This document shows positions 1-9,386 of a stretch of DNA of 55,298 nucleotides, piece by piece. A program made the position numbers and the translations under genes. Every line of letters begins with the position of its first letter. Position 1 is the first letter of the stretch. The notes under the pieces were generated by a model. It searched no databases. It had not been told where the DNA came from and worked only from the letters and a program-made list of their open reading frames with translations. The stretch comes from Patescibacteria group bacterium (GTDB taxonomy: Bacteria; Patescibacteriota; Patescibacteriia; UBA1558; UBA10009). The DNA lies in contig JAHISB010000046.1 of assembly GCA_018818425.1 (NCBI GenBank), positions 1 to 55,298 of the forward strand, given 5' to 3'.

Positions 1-128
1 CATTACATCTGAAATCTTCTTTTGCTAAATTATCACTTTGGTTGATAGACCAATAAATGCTTGTGTTTTTGAAGTAAAATACAATCTTAGAGGATAAATT
101 TTCAACATAATTAACCTAATCATCCCGA

Positions 129-176
129 ATATTAGACTATTAGACTATTTGATTATTAGACTATTTGATTATTTGA
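129..176. repeat. Six degenerate 8-mer tandem units (CTATTAGA/TTATTTGA) overlapping the rmlD stop
   Basis: atattaga ctattaga ctatttga ttattaga ctatttga ttatttga; same unit family as 20218-20322. Confidence 0.85.
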
Positions 177-1018
177 ATTGACTTTAAATAATCGGCCAAG
201 GCCTCTGGCCAGGGCCTAAGCTTTGGCAGTTTATTATTGTTTAAAGCGGAATATTTTGGCCGCCGGGCTTTCTGGAAAAAATCATGGCCGGAAATCTTTT
301 GAAGTTTGATTTTAATTTTACGCTGTTTAAATATTTCCTCTGCGTAGTCAAACCAGGAAACAGCCCCTTCATTAACCAGATGATAGATGCCGAACTCCCG
401 CTGATTATCAATAAAATTACTTTTAATTGATCGGGCTAAATCTTTGGCATAGGTCGGCTTGCTGAATTGGTCGCTAACCGCTTTAATGACTTTTTGAGTT
501 TGGCTCAATTCCAGCATCTTGTCAACAAAATTGGTCTTGTTTTTTTTGCCTCTGGCAACGGCTCGGCCAAATAGCCACGAGGTTCTGATAATATAATATT
601 TTTGACAATTATTGATGATATTCTTTTCTCCCTGTTCTTTGCTCCGACCATAAACGCTAATTGCCTGAGTTTTATCATCTTCATTATATCCGCTCCCCTT
701 TTCGCCGTCAAAAACATAATCGGTGCTGATTTGCATTAAAGGCAAGTTGAGTTCAGAGGATATCCTGGCTAAATTTAAAGAGCCTTGCGCATTGACTTTA
801 AAAACCGTTTCCGATTGTTCTTCGGCCGCTTCCACGTCGGTAAAGGCGGCGCAGTTGATAATTAATTCTGGCTGGCAGTTTTGAATTTTGACTTTTAGTT
901 CTTCATTCTTTGTGATATCCCACTCCGGCCGATCAGCCACGATCAAATCTTGTTCGCTTAAAACACTGGCTAAATCGCTGCCCAGCATTCCTCCGGCGCC
1001 TAGGATTAAAATTTTCAT
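161..1018 (-). CDS. rfbD: dTDP-4-dehydrorhamnose reductase
   Basis: GAGGMLG Rossmann motif, NCAAFTDVE, ISTDYVFDG, YGRSK, RTSWLFG. Confidence 0.95.
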   Translation of the reverse strand: MKILILGAGGMLGSDLASVLSEQDLIVADRPEWDITKNEELKVKIQNCQPELIINCAAFTDVEAAEEQSETVFKVNAQGSLNLARISSELNLPLMQISTDYVFDGEKGSGYNEDDKTQAISVYGRSKEQGEKNIINNCQKYYIIRTSWLFGRAVARGKKNKTNFVDKMLELSQTQKVIKAVSDQFSKPTYAKDLARSIKSNFIDNQREFGIYHLVNEGAVSWFDYAEEIFKQRKIKIKLQKISGHDFFQKARRPKYSALNNNKLPKLRPWPEALADYLKSIQIIK

Positions 1019-1022
1019 GGTG

Positions 1023-1141
1023 GATAAGTTTAATAAGTTTCGGCCATAGGCCGACCAGCCTTTGGCTGGGAATAAGTTGAATACGTTGAATAAGTTCGCG
1101 AACTGTTCGTGCAGGTTCGTGTCGTTCGTGATTGATTCATG
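1023..1141. repeat. Intergenic tract: 9-mer AATAAGTTG units followed by TTCGTG units, interrupted by a GC-rich double hairpin
   Basis: gataagttt aataagttt [insert] aataagttg aatacgttg aataagttc, then ttcgcg/ttcgtg x3/ttcatg at 9-10 nt spacing. Confidence 0.75.
1041..1070. repeat. REP-like double mini-hairpin, copy 1
   Basis: cggcc-ata-ggccg followed by ccagcc-ttt-ggctgg; second copy at 32812-32870. Confidence 0.8.
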
Positions 1142-1143
1142 AA

Positions 1144-2145
1144 TTAAGTTAAATACTGCTTTTTATAATACTCCAGATACTCGCCGGACTTCAGCGGTTT
1201 CCACCACCAGTCATTATTTTTGTACCAGCGGATGGTTTCTCTGACGGCCTCTTCAAATTTATATTCCGGCTGCCAGCCCAATTTTTTAATTTTAGAAGAA
1301 TCAAGGGCATAGCGTAAATCATGGCCGGGCCTGTCTTTAACTTGTTCAATCATTTTTGAACCAAGGCCCAGTTCGCTTAAAATCAACTTGGTGATTTGAA
1401 TATTCTGCTTTTCCACGCCGCTGCCGATATTATAGACCTGGCCCAACTTTCCTTTGTGAAGCAAAAAATCAATGGCATTGCAGTGGTCTAAAACATAAAT
1501 CCATTCTCTGATATTTTTACCTTCGCCGTATAAAGGCGCTTTTTTATCTTCCAGTAAATTAGTGATAAATAAAGGAATCAGCTTTTCTGGGTATTGGTAA
1601 GGTCCGTAAAAATTACAGGCGTGAGTAACGATAATCGGCAAATTATAAGTTTTAATATAAGAACGGCATAATAAATCGCCGCCGGCCTTAGAAGCGCTGT
1701 AAGGGCTGTTGGGCCGGAAGGGCGACTCTTCGGTAAATTTGCCTTTGGCAATACTGCCGTAAACTTCATCGGTAGAAATTTGAATATACTTGCCGACAGC
1801 AAACTCTTTAACGCCTTCAAGCAGATTATGAGTGCCTAAAACATCGGTTCTAACAAAAGCCGCGGGGTCTAAAATGGAACGGTCCACGTGAGTTTCGGCC
1901 GCATAGTTGATGACAACATCAATTTTTTTAAAGCGAAGCACTTTTTTTACGGTTCTTTCGTCGGCAATGTCCCCTTTGATAAATTCGTAACTGGCATTGC
2001 CTTCAATATCTTTTAAATTATCAAGGTTGCCGGCATAAGTTAACTTATCCAGATTAATTATTTTATAATCTGGATATTTTTTTAAAATATGTCTGATGAA
2101 GTTGGAGCCGGCAAAACCGGCCCCGCCGGTGATTAGTATGTTCAT
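1144..2145 (-). CDS. rfbB: dTDP-glucose 4,6-dehydratase
   Basis: GGAGFAG, DKLTYAGN, AAETHVDRSI, STDEVYG, PYSASK, DRPGHDLRY. Confidence 0.97.
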   Translation of the reverse strand: MNILITGGAGFAGSNFIRHILKKYPDYKIINLDKLTYAGNLDNLKDIEGNASYEFIKGDIADERTVKKVLRFKKIDVVINYAAETHVDRSILDPAAFVRTDVLGTHNLLEGVKEFAVGKYIQISTDEVYGSIAKGKFTEESPFRPNSPYSASKAGGDLLCRSYIKTYNLPIIVTHACNFYGPYQYPEKLIPLFITNLLEDKKAPLYGEGKNIREWIYVLDHCNAIDFLLHKGKLGQVYNIGSGVEKQNIQITKLILSELGLGSKMIEQVKDRPGHDLRYALDSSKIKKLGWQPEYKFEEAVRETIRWYKNNDWWWKPLKSGEYLEYYKKQYLT

Positions 2146-2151
2146 AATCTC

Positions 2152-2218
2152 TATTAATTTTGAATTTCGATTGAATTTTTAATGACTTAATTTCAAAATT
2201 AGGTTATTTCAAAATTCA
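2152..2218. repeat. Heptamer-periodic AT-rich intergenic tract (TTTTGAA / TTCAAAA)
   Basis: Forward units then reverse-complement units; 2192-2218 ttcaaaattaggttatttcaaaattca recurs with one mismatch at 5052-5078. Confidence 0.7.
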
Positions 2219-2267
2219 ACCGTTTGGAGCTATCGCTGATGGCGACTAGTTACGACATGGCGGTCAG

Positions 2268-3527
2268 CTACGTCCCGATCTCCCAGCTGTTTAAATACTT
2301 TACCTGCTCCGGTGTTAATTTGTCGATTTTAACGCCCAGTGACTTTAATTTAAGCTTAGCGATCCTGACATCGGTCTGTTCGGTAACGTCATAAACTTTA
2401 TTCTCCAGTTTTTTATGATTTTTTACCACAAATTCAACGGCCAAAGATTGATTGGCAAAGCTCATATCCATAACGGTTGAAGGGTGGCCTTCGGCCGCTG
2501 CTAAGTTGACCAGCCGGCCGCCGGCTAAAACAATTATTCTTTTATTGTTTCTTAAAGTATATTCTTCCACCAAAGGCCTGACCTCTGCCTTTTTTTTGCT
2601 GATTTTCTTTAAGGCCGGCAAATCTATTTCCACATCAAAATGGCCTGAGTTGCAGACAATGGCGCCGTCTTTCATTTTAAGAAAATGCTCTCGGCGGATA
2701 ACATGAATATCGCCGGTTAAAGTGCAAAAAATATCGCCAAGCAATGATGCTTCGGACATTGGCATTACCCTGAAGCCGTCCATAACTGCCTCTAAAGATT
2801 TTACATAATCTACTTCGGTCACAATTATTTTTGAGCCCAGGCCCCTGGCTTTAAAGGCAAAGCCGCGGCCGCACCAGCCATAGCCGGCCACCACCACTGT
2901 TTTGCCGGCTAAAAGAACATTGGTGGCCCTGATGATTCCGTCTAAAGTTGACTGGCCTGTGCCATAGCGATTGTCAAAAAAATGCTTGGTCTGGGCGTCG
3001 TTAACGGCCACAATGGGATAAAGCAATTTTTTTTGTTCGGCTAAAGCTTTTAATCTGATAACGCCGGTGGTTGTCTCCTCGCTGCCGCCCCATAAGCTCT
3101 TGACTAAGCCCGTGCGCTTTTTATGAATAGTGGAAACCAGATCGGCGCCGTCATCAACTGTGATATGTGGTTTATCGTCTAAAACTTGATTGATGTGCTT
3201 ATAATAAGTCTGATTATTTTCGTTATTAATGGCAAAAACCGGAATGCCAAAATCTTTGACAATAGAGGCGGCTACTTCATCTTGGGTGGATAAAGGATTA
3301 GAGGCGCATAAGCTGACTTTAGCGCCGCCGGCTTTTAAGGTCCTCATTAAATTAGCGGTTTCGGCTGTTACGTGCAAACAGGCGGCCACCCTGACGCCTT
3401 TTAATGGTTTTCTTTTAGAAAAATCATTTCTTATTTCTCTAAGAACAGCCATTTCTTTTTCTGCCCAAATGATTTTTCTTTTCCCCTGAGGGGCTAGCTT
3501 TAAATTTTTGACATCGTGTTTTATCAT
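2268..3527 (-). CDS. ahcY: Adenosylhomocysteinase (SAH hydrolase)
   Basis: [56 protein letters not shown]. Confidence 0.97.
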   Translation of the reverse strand: MIKHDVKNLKLAPQGKRKIIWAEKEMAVLREIRNDFSKRKPLKGVRVAACLHVTAETANLMRTLKAGGAKVSLCASNPLSTQDEVAASIVKDFGIPVFAINNENNQTYYKHINQVLDDKPHITVDDGADLVSTIHKKRTGLVKSLWGGSEETTTGVIRLKALAEQKKLLYPIVAVNDAQTKHFFDNRYGTGQSTLDGIIRATNVLLAGKTVVVAGYGWCGRGFAFKARGLGSKIIVTEVDYVKSLEAVMDGFRVMPMSEASLLGDIFCTLTGDIHVIRREHFLKMKDGAIVCNSGHFDVEIDLPALKKISKKKAEVRPLVEEYTLRNNKRIIVLAGGRLVNLAAAEGHPSTVMDMSFANQSLAVEFVVKNHKKLENKVYDVTEQTDVRIAKLKLKSLGVKIDKLTPEQVKYLNSWEIGT

Positions 3528-3561
3528 ATTTTTTTTATTGAACTTATTACAAAATTATTTC

Positions 3562-4539
3562 TCAAAAAGTTAAACTGGATTTATAATTTAATTGATATCT
3601 TTTTTTAAATTGATTATAAGTGTAGAAATGATTCTGGGTGCCATAATGCTCTATGGCATAAACAGCCGCTAAGCTGGCGGACTGGCCGATTTCTAACCAG
3701 GGAAATTTAAAATAGCTGTCGGTGATTAAATTCAACCGGCTGGCAACTAAGCCCTTAATCAAGCCTGCCCGATAAGCGTCGCCGCCGCCGGTGGGATCTT
3801 TAGCTAACGTTGTTTTGACCGCGCTGATATTTATTCTCTCCAATTTATTATGCTGATTAATCTCAATTAACGATCCCTGCTTGCCCAACGTGGTTATTAA
3901 AATACCGGCTGACTGCAAAACAACGGTTTTATCGTAATTGGTAATTTTTTGCGTTAAGGCCAGCTCGTAATCGTTGACTACGCAGATGCTGGCTAATTTT
4001 ATGACTTTCCTTAGTTGATTTTTGGTAAATTGAATTATCTGCTGTCCGGGGTCAAAAATAAAAGGTATCTGCCGGCTGTGATAAAAATCGGCCAAATCCA
4101 GCATTTCGTTGGGATTGCTGGGAGAAATAATGGCCAAATCGCCTTTAGCCACCTTGGGCTTTTTGGCATAAAAGCTCATGGCGCCGGGGAAAAAACCGGT
4201 AATCTGATTATCGTTTTTATCGGTGATAATATAGGCCGAAGCCGTCAGGGTCTGTGGATAAATTTTAATGCCGCTTATATCTATGCCCAGCTGGTTAAAT
4301 CTTTCCTGATATTTCTGGAAGTCTTTGCCGACCGCTGAATAAACCACGGGCTTCTCCTCTAGCAAAGATAAGCTGTAAGCAATATTGCCGGCGTTGCCGC
4401 CAAAGGTTTCACGGAATTCCTTAACCGTAAAACTAACGTTCAGCTGGCGAATTTCCGACGGGATAATGTGATCTTCGAACTTTCCCGGAAAATCCATTAT
4501 GCGGTCGTAAGCGATTGAGCCTGAAATTAATATCCTCAT
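3562..4539 (-). CDS. PfkB-family carbohydrate kinase, adenosine-kinase-like
   Basis: GSIAYD, FGGNAGNIAY, FDPGQQ, NDYE, DPTGGGDAYRAG; adjacent to ahcY. Confidence 0.85.
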   Translation of the reverse strand: MRILISGSIAYDRIMDFPGKFEDHIIPSEIRQLNVSFTVKEFRETFGGNAGNIAYSLSLLEEKPVVYSAVGKDFQKYQERFNQLGIDISGIKIYPQTLTASAYIITDKNDNQITGFFPGAMSFYAKKPKVAKGDLAIISPSNPNEMLDLADFYHSRQIPFIFDPGQQIIQFTKNQLRKVIKLASICVVNDYELALTQKITNYDKTVVLQSAGILITTLGKQGSLIEINQHNKLERINISAVKTTLAKDPTGGGDAYRAGLIKGLVASRLNLITDSYFKFPWLEIGQSASLAAVYAIEHYGTQNHFYTYNQFKKRYQLNYKSSLTF

Positions 4540-4544
4540 AAAAA

Positions 4545-4949
4545 TTAAATTAACTCTTTAATGCTGGCGGCAATCCTTTCCTTTTCGTTCTCCTGATAAG
4601 TTTTGCCTGGCCAGGGATGCAGATTATCGTTATTAAACCGAGGGATAATATGAAAATGAACATGATGCACCAATTGTCCGGCGGCTTGGCCGTTATTAAG
4701 AACTAAATTAAAACCATCGGCGCCTACCGCTTCCATAATGGGCTGTGATAGTTTTTGAACCACGACAATCAATTCTTTTAACAAATCGGGTGGAAGTTCA
4801 AGAAAATTATTATAATGTTCTTTAGGGATAACTAAAACATGGCCTTTATTAACGGGATTAATATCCAAAAAAGCTAAAATTCTTTTATCTTCATAAACTT
4901 TTGCCGAAGGCAGCTCGCCTTCAATAATTTTGCAAAATATACAGTCCAT
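4545..4949 (-). CDS. HIT (histidine triad) family protein, Hint-like
   Basis: DCIFCKI, FLDINP, GHVLVIPK, HVHFHIIPR; ATG at 4949 preferred because the longer start lies in a repeat tract. Confidence 0.92.
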   Translation of the reverse strand: MDCIFCKIIEGELPSAKVYEDKRILAFLDINPVNKGHVLVIPKEHYNNFLELPPDLLKELIVVVQKLSQPIMEAVGADGFNLVLNNGQAAGQLVHHVHFHIIPRFNNDNLHPWPGKTYQENEKERIAASIKELI

Positions 4950-4957
4950 AAAGTTAA

Positions 4958-5091
4958 TTACCAAATTCCAAACTCCAAATTACAAACAAATGTCAAATTC
5001 TAATTACCCAAATTCCAAACTTTTATTTGGAAATTTGAAATTCAAAATTGATTCAAAATTAGGTTATTTCATAATTCAAAATTAAATTCAA
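4958..5091. repeat. Heptamer-periodic intergenic tract (CCAAATT units, then TTTGGAA/TTCAAAA units)
   Basis: ccaaatt ccaaact ccaaatt acaa acaaatg tcaaatt ctaatta cccaaatt ccaaac, then tttggaaatttgaaattcaaaattgattcaaaatt. Confidence 0.8.
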
Positions 5092-5508
5092 TTATTTAAC
5101 AACCCCCGCTTCCAGCTCTGCCTCGGTGTATTCAACCTGTTCGTCTTTTAAATTCGGATTGTAGGGGGGCTCTGGATAATTAATCAGCCAGGCCTCTTCG
5201 TCGCCGATATTTTCTAAGCCGGTAGCAACATTATTGGGAATAAACAAACGGCCGGGCTTTTGGGCGTCTAAAACAAATTCCTGCCTTTTTTTATTTTGAT
5301 AAGTAATAATCTTCATTCTGCCTCTGATACAAACATATCTGGCCGCCCTGACCCGGTGCAGATGATAGCCCTTAAAAGCTCCTGGTTTGGCCGCGGTTAA
5401 ATAAACCGCTGTTTTATCGCCGTCTTTAAATAATTCTATTAAAAAACCGTTCTCTTTATTATTGGCATCGAAAGTTTTAACTTTTTTGACTGTTTCTGTT
5501 TTAATCAT
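5092..5508 (-). CDS. RmlC-like/FdtA-like cupin (nucleotide-sugar epimerase/isomerase)
   Basis: GFLIELF, KGYHLH, LFIPNNVATG cupin motifs; near rmlB/rmlD. Confidence 0.7.
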   Translation of the reverse strand: MIKTETVKKVKTFDANNKENGFLIELFKDGDKTAVYLTAAKPGAFKGYHLHRVRAARYVCIRGRMKIITYQNKKRQEFVLDAQKPGRLFIPNNVATGLENIGDEEAWLINYPEPPYNPNLKDEQVEYTEAELEAGVVK

Positions 5509-5905
5509 AGCTATTTAAGTTCAAGTTGAATATGGCATACAGCGCCAAAGCGCCCATAAACGAAATTAGCCAAGAAACAGTGCCCAGATAATTAAGATGC
5601 TGATAAATAAAAAATCCGGACAATATCGCTAAAATTAATGAATTTATTCCCCTGCTCACTCTTCTTTTTTTATCTTCTTCGCATTCTTGAGGAAACCAGA
5701 TAAATAAGAGCCCCGTTATTATAGCTAAAATCAAAAGGATATTCAAATCAAAATAATTGCTGATTAAGCCGGTCTTGAACTGCTCTAAAGAAAAATAAAC
5801 TACAAAGGTTATGGCCGACGCTTTAAATATCAAACCGCAGGATTTTATTAAATATAAACCCAGGCTGTCTGCAAATTTTCTTTTTTTTGATTTTAGAAAA
5901 AACAT
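5501..5905 (-). CDS. Hypothetical membrane protein (about 4 TM)
   Basis: Four hydrophobic segments; ATG at 5905 preferred since the extension to 5950 lies in a repeat tract. Confidence 0.7.
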   Translation of the reverse strand: MFFLKSKKRKFADSLGLYLIKSCGLIFKASAITFVVYFSLEQFKTGLISNYFDLNILLILAIITGLLFIWFPQECEEDKKRRVSRGINSLILAILSGFFIYQHLNYLGTVSWLISFMGALALYAIFNLNLNSYD

Positions 5906-5913
5906 ATCTATTA

Positions 5914-6080
5914 ACACTAATAAATCACTGACAGTCCACAGATGACGCACTGATTGCTCACAGATATCGGCGTGTTATCTAAGAACTATCGGTGCTTCTA
6001 TTTAATCATTGGTGAGTTATCCGCGCGTTATCAGTCGAGAGACCTCGAGTTTATCGAGAGGTGAACCATCCGTGCTTCTA
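5914..6080. repeat. Intergenic tract of CAC(A/T)GA(T/C) units followed by complementary ATC(G/C)GTG-type units, with a nested GC hairpin at 6042-6062
   Basis: cactaat, cactgac, cacagat, cactgat, cacagat at about 11-nt spacing, then atcggcg, atcggtg, attggtg, atccgcg, atccgtg; acctcga-gttta-tcgagaggt. Confidence 0.7.
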
Positions 6081-6083
6081 TTT

Positions 6084-7583
6084 TCAAAAACTGGCTTTCA
6101 GATAATTAAATATTTTACTCATTAATTCGTTAAAAGTCAAAGGCGGCTTATCTAAAGTAACGCTGATTTGCTTAAGCGGAATAATTTCCTTGCTGCCGCT
6201 GAGCTCCGGCGCCGAAATAACCAATCTTAACTTGCGATTTTCAATATCGGCATTATTTAAATTAAACCGGACTTCGCCCGCTTTCCAGCCGTTAATTTCT
6301 TGGGGCGAATGATATTCGGTTATCAGATAATCAACGCCCAAATCTCCGGAAAAATCCCTGAGCTGAAAAATTTCCGGATTAAAAAACTGATTCTGCGAAA
6401 AAGCCAATAAGCCCCTTCCAAAAACCTTAAGGTCATTTTCCGGAATAAAAATATAGTTGGGAACAATTTCGGAAGTGATAAAATAATTTTTATGAGTCTC
6501 GCTGATATCCAGAGTCTGATCGTTGATTTTAACGCTCTGCCGGCCGGCCTCATGGGCGGTTTCAAAACCAAGCCTGGGAATAGTGCTGTAAATTACCGTT
6601 GGTTTGTAAATTAAATCCACAAAGCCGCCTTCATATTCCCGGCTGTCAGCCAGATACAGGCGGTCGATAAAAGTTAAATACTGCTGTTTGGTTTTTATCT
6701 GCCTGGTAAAAATCTCGTCTTCGGCGACCAGTTGAATTTTATAAACGCCTTCGGCTAAATCGGCCAGCTGTAAATTTATATACCTGGGCGCCGAAGCCGG
6801 GTCCAGCTTGCTGATATAGCCGTCATCGTCAAATTCTTCTTCGTAAATTTTATCATTCTGGCCATTGTAAACTTTAAAAGTGAAAAAATCCGGCCCTTCG
6901 CTGCGGTTGATATCCTGAGTTTTAAAAGTAAAATCCAGAACTTCATTCTTAATATAAGTGTAAAACGCATAACCGCCTCTTAAAGTTTTATTCAATTCCT
7001 GATAGTTATTTTGGGGCTGGTAATCGGGAAGCATAAATTTTCTGTCTAAATCATAATAATACGCTCCCACTTTGTCTAAACTATCAAGCTGGTCAAAAAA
7101 CTGGTTGATGGTGATAAAATTTTTGCTTCTCTGCCACAAACTGGCTTCGGCGTTTTCAATAACCGGCCAGTCCAAATTATCCAGCAGCTGATTTTCTAGG
7201 GGCTTAAACTGGTAATGCCACTCGCCTTCCCCAATAGTCTTAAGGCCAAGCTGGATCAGCGGCTGGTTTTTATTCTGATAAATTATTTTAACTTTGGCGG
7301 CAGCAAACTTTTGCGGCAGACGAACATCAAAATAAACCGGGTCTTGTTTAACGGCCTGCCAGTAACTGCCAGAGCCGACGATTTTATTGATTTCCGTCAT
7401 TCTGTTGGCCGGAAACAGATTGGTGATAACCGGCGAATCCTGCGAAAAATCATAAGTAAACTCCAGATGCCCGGAAGGCACAAAATCCAGATAAACTAAA
7501 TAAAATAAACCGATAATCGGTAAAACAATAACGGCTATTTTAGTGATTTTAAATAATTGGCTGAAAAATAACTTGGAATTCAT
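6084..7583 (-). CDS. Hypothetical membrane-anchored exported protein
   Basis: 499-aa ORF, single N-terminal hydrophobic helix, beta-rich soluble remainder. Confidence 0.75.
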   Translation of the reverse strand: MNSKLFFSQLFKITKIAVIVLPIIGLFYLVYLDFVPSGHLEFTYDFSQDSPVITNLFPANRMTEINKIVGSGSYWQAVKQDPVYFDVRLPQKFAAAKVKIIYQNKNQPLIQLGLKTIGEGEWHYQFKPLENQLLDNLDWPVIENAEASLWQRSKNFITINQFFDQLDSLDKVGAYYYDLDRKFMLPDYQPQNNYQELNKTLRGGYAFYTYIKNEVLDFTFKTQDINRSEGPDFFTFKVYNGQNDKIYEEEFDDDGYISKLDPASAPRYINLQLADLAEGVYKIQLVAEDEIFTRQIKTKQQYLTFIDRLYLADSREYEGGFVDLIYKPTVIYSTIPRLGFETAHEAGRQSVKINDQTLDISETHKNYFITSEIVPNYIFIPENDLKVFGRGLLAFSQNQFFNPEIFQLRDFSGDLGVDYLITEYHSPQEINGWKAGEVRFNLNNADIENRKLRLVISAPELSGSKEIIPLKQISVTLDKPPLTFNELMSKIFNYLKASF

Positions 7584-7585
7584 AT

Positions 7586-7708
7586 TAATTTTAATTCTGA
7601 ATTTCGAATTTCGAATTTTGATTCAATTTTGAAATTTTTAATTTAGAAATAATTTCAAAATTCCATCATTAGAAATTCATTCAAAATTCAGAATTCAAAA
7701 TTCTAATT
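7586..7708. repeat. Heptamer-periodic imperfect palindrome (GAATTTT / AAAATTC); the right arm encodes the last residues (RILNSEF) of the upstream gene
   Basis: Left arm aattctgaatttcgaatttcgaattttgattcaattttgaaat aligns to reverse complement of right arm (aattagaattttgaattctgaattttgaatgaatttctaat). Confidence 0.85.
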
Positions 7709-9312
7709 GGATATAAGCTCTGCTCCTTAAAATCCACTATGCTCGGCTGAACCTCCAATTGATGTTGGAAAAAGTAACGTTCGTTGAACTCGGCCAGCAG
7801 CGCATCATGACGGGTAAAGTAAAAGTAATAAACAGGATAGCCGGCTGCGATTAACTGGTAAACTCTCTGATAGTCGTAATCCTTATTTAAGCGGAAAATC
7901 ACCGAGCGGCGCGGAAAAAAAACTTTGTCCATTATGTCTGCTACTATTATAGCATTATCTTCGATTTTAGCGCTGACTTGGCTCTGAATCTGTTCGTAGC
8001 TTTTCAAATTATTGTAGACTAAATAAATGCCTTCGTCCTGCCCAAAATAAACCTGTTGAAAAGAAAAATAGCCCAGCACAATAAATAAAACAGCGGTAAC
8101 AAAAGTTACGGCTAATTTTGACTTCTTTAAAAACTTAAACAGACTGTAGCCGATTAAAGGCAGAATAAACACATAAACAGGCAGCCAGTAGCGGACATAA
8201 GAATTGCCAATGGTTATGGCTTGGGGGTCTGGATTATCGTGGAAACTCCAGCTGCCGTAATAAATTACCAGATAACCGCTGATCAACAAGAACAATGCCA
8301 AATATAAAATTCTTTTTTTATCTTTTTTTAATAAAATGAAAAAACCGGCAATTAAAAATCCCAGCAGTGAGATAATAGACCAGACCGGGAACATCTTTAG
8401 GGTGTAATTATAAAAATTGATTAAAGCGGTTCTGGGCTGAAAGCCAAAAGGCAAAAATATCTTTTCAAATATATTCAAGCTTTGAGTGATGATATCTTTG
8501 CCCTGAAGCTCCAAATCCACGGCATAGCCGAAGGAAAAAATTGACTGATAGTTCTGAAAATTAAAATAAAAAACCGGCGCAAATGACAATAAACAAACAA
8601 TAAATGACAATGCTAAATTTGCCCAGTTGATTTTTTTTCTGTAAATGACTAGAAGAATTATAAATAAAGGCAGTAGCCAGGTTATTTCCGAGGTTCTGAC
8701 CATTAAAGCCAGTCCTATAAAAAATCCGAATAATAAATAAAAGGGAATCTTGGCTGACTTAATGGCTTTGATAAAAAGATACATGCTGATGATCAGCAGA
8801 GCAACAAACAGAACATTGGGCATTAAACTTTTGGTGGCATAATACCACCAGGCAGGGGCGATAAGTAGCAGCAAGGCCGATATAAAAGCAATCTGCTTAT
8901 TAAAAATTTCTTTGATTAATAAATAAAAAAAGAAGATGGCCAGACAAGCAAAAATTATTAAAACAAAAGGAATAACTTTTAAAGTAAAAATTTTAGCTAA
9001 GGTTCCGGCGATCAAGGGAAAACCAATGAAAGTGGCAGGCACAGTGTTATTATTAATTACCCTCATGCTCCGTGGCGCCGCTAAATCATCAGCTATCTGA
9101 TTGGCAGAATCCTTAAATTGCAACTCTGACTGTTTGGCAAAAGTATAGGCAAAATAATAATTGGCAGTTTCATCAGGCGAGTTAAAAATTAAATTATCAT
9201 TGATATTTTTCGGCAGCTGATAAATAGCCAAAAAAGAGTAAACAAAAAAGAAAACTATTATCAGAAATATTAAGCTGATTATCTGCCAGTCTAATTGAAC
9301 TTTGTTTTTCAT
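7681..9312 (-). CDS. GT-C fold glycosyltransferase (ArnT/PMT-like)
   Basis: Polytopic membrane protein with SPDE acidic motif after TM1, LMVRTSE, YVRYWLP and a C-terminal soluble domain. Confidence 0.75.
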   Translation of the reverse strand: MKNKVQLDWQIISLIFLIIVFFFVYSFLAIYQLPKNINDNLIFNSPDETANYYFAYTFAKQSELQFKDSANQIADDLAAPRSMRVINNNTVPATFIGFPLIAGTLAKIFTLKVIPFVLIIFACLAIFFFYLLIKEIFNKQIAFISALLLLIAPAWWYYATKSLMPNVLFVALLIISMYLFIKAIKSAKIPFYLLFGFFIGLALMVRTSEITWLLPLFIILLVIYRKKINWANLALSFIVCLLSFAPVFYFNFQNYQSIFSFGYAVDLELQGKDIITQSLNIFEKIFLPFGFQPRTALINFYNYTLKMFPVWSIISLLGFLIAGFFILLKKDKKRILYLALFLLISGYLVIYYGSWSFHDNPDPQAITIGNSYVRYWLPVYVFILPLIGYSLFKFLKKSKLAVTFVTAVLFIVLGYFSFQQVYFGQDEGIYLVYNNLKSYEQIQSQVSAKIEDNAIIVADIMDKVFFPRRSVIFRLNKDYDYQRVYQLIAAGYPVYYFYFTRHDALLAEFNERYFFQHQLEVQPSIVDFKEQSLYPIRILNSEF

Positions 9313-9321
9313 AGTTAGGTT

Positions 9322-9380
9322 ATTATAACAAATAATTTTACCTAAAACAACTTATAAATTTAAGATTTTTATGTTAGAAT
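9322..9380. promoter_or_regulatory. Divergent extended -10 promoters, near-leaderless
   Basis: Minus strand TG-T-TATAAT (9330-9322) 9 nt before ATG 9312; plus strand TG-T-TAGAAT (9372-9380) 6 nt before ATG 9387. Confidence 0.6.
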
Positions 9381-9386
9381 ATAGCT

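Noticed and set aside
1-123. Short minus-strand frames downstream of rmlD
   Set aside because: The ATG frame closes after about 30 codons and the open frame has no start or recognisable motif; cannot be called at the window edge.
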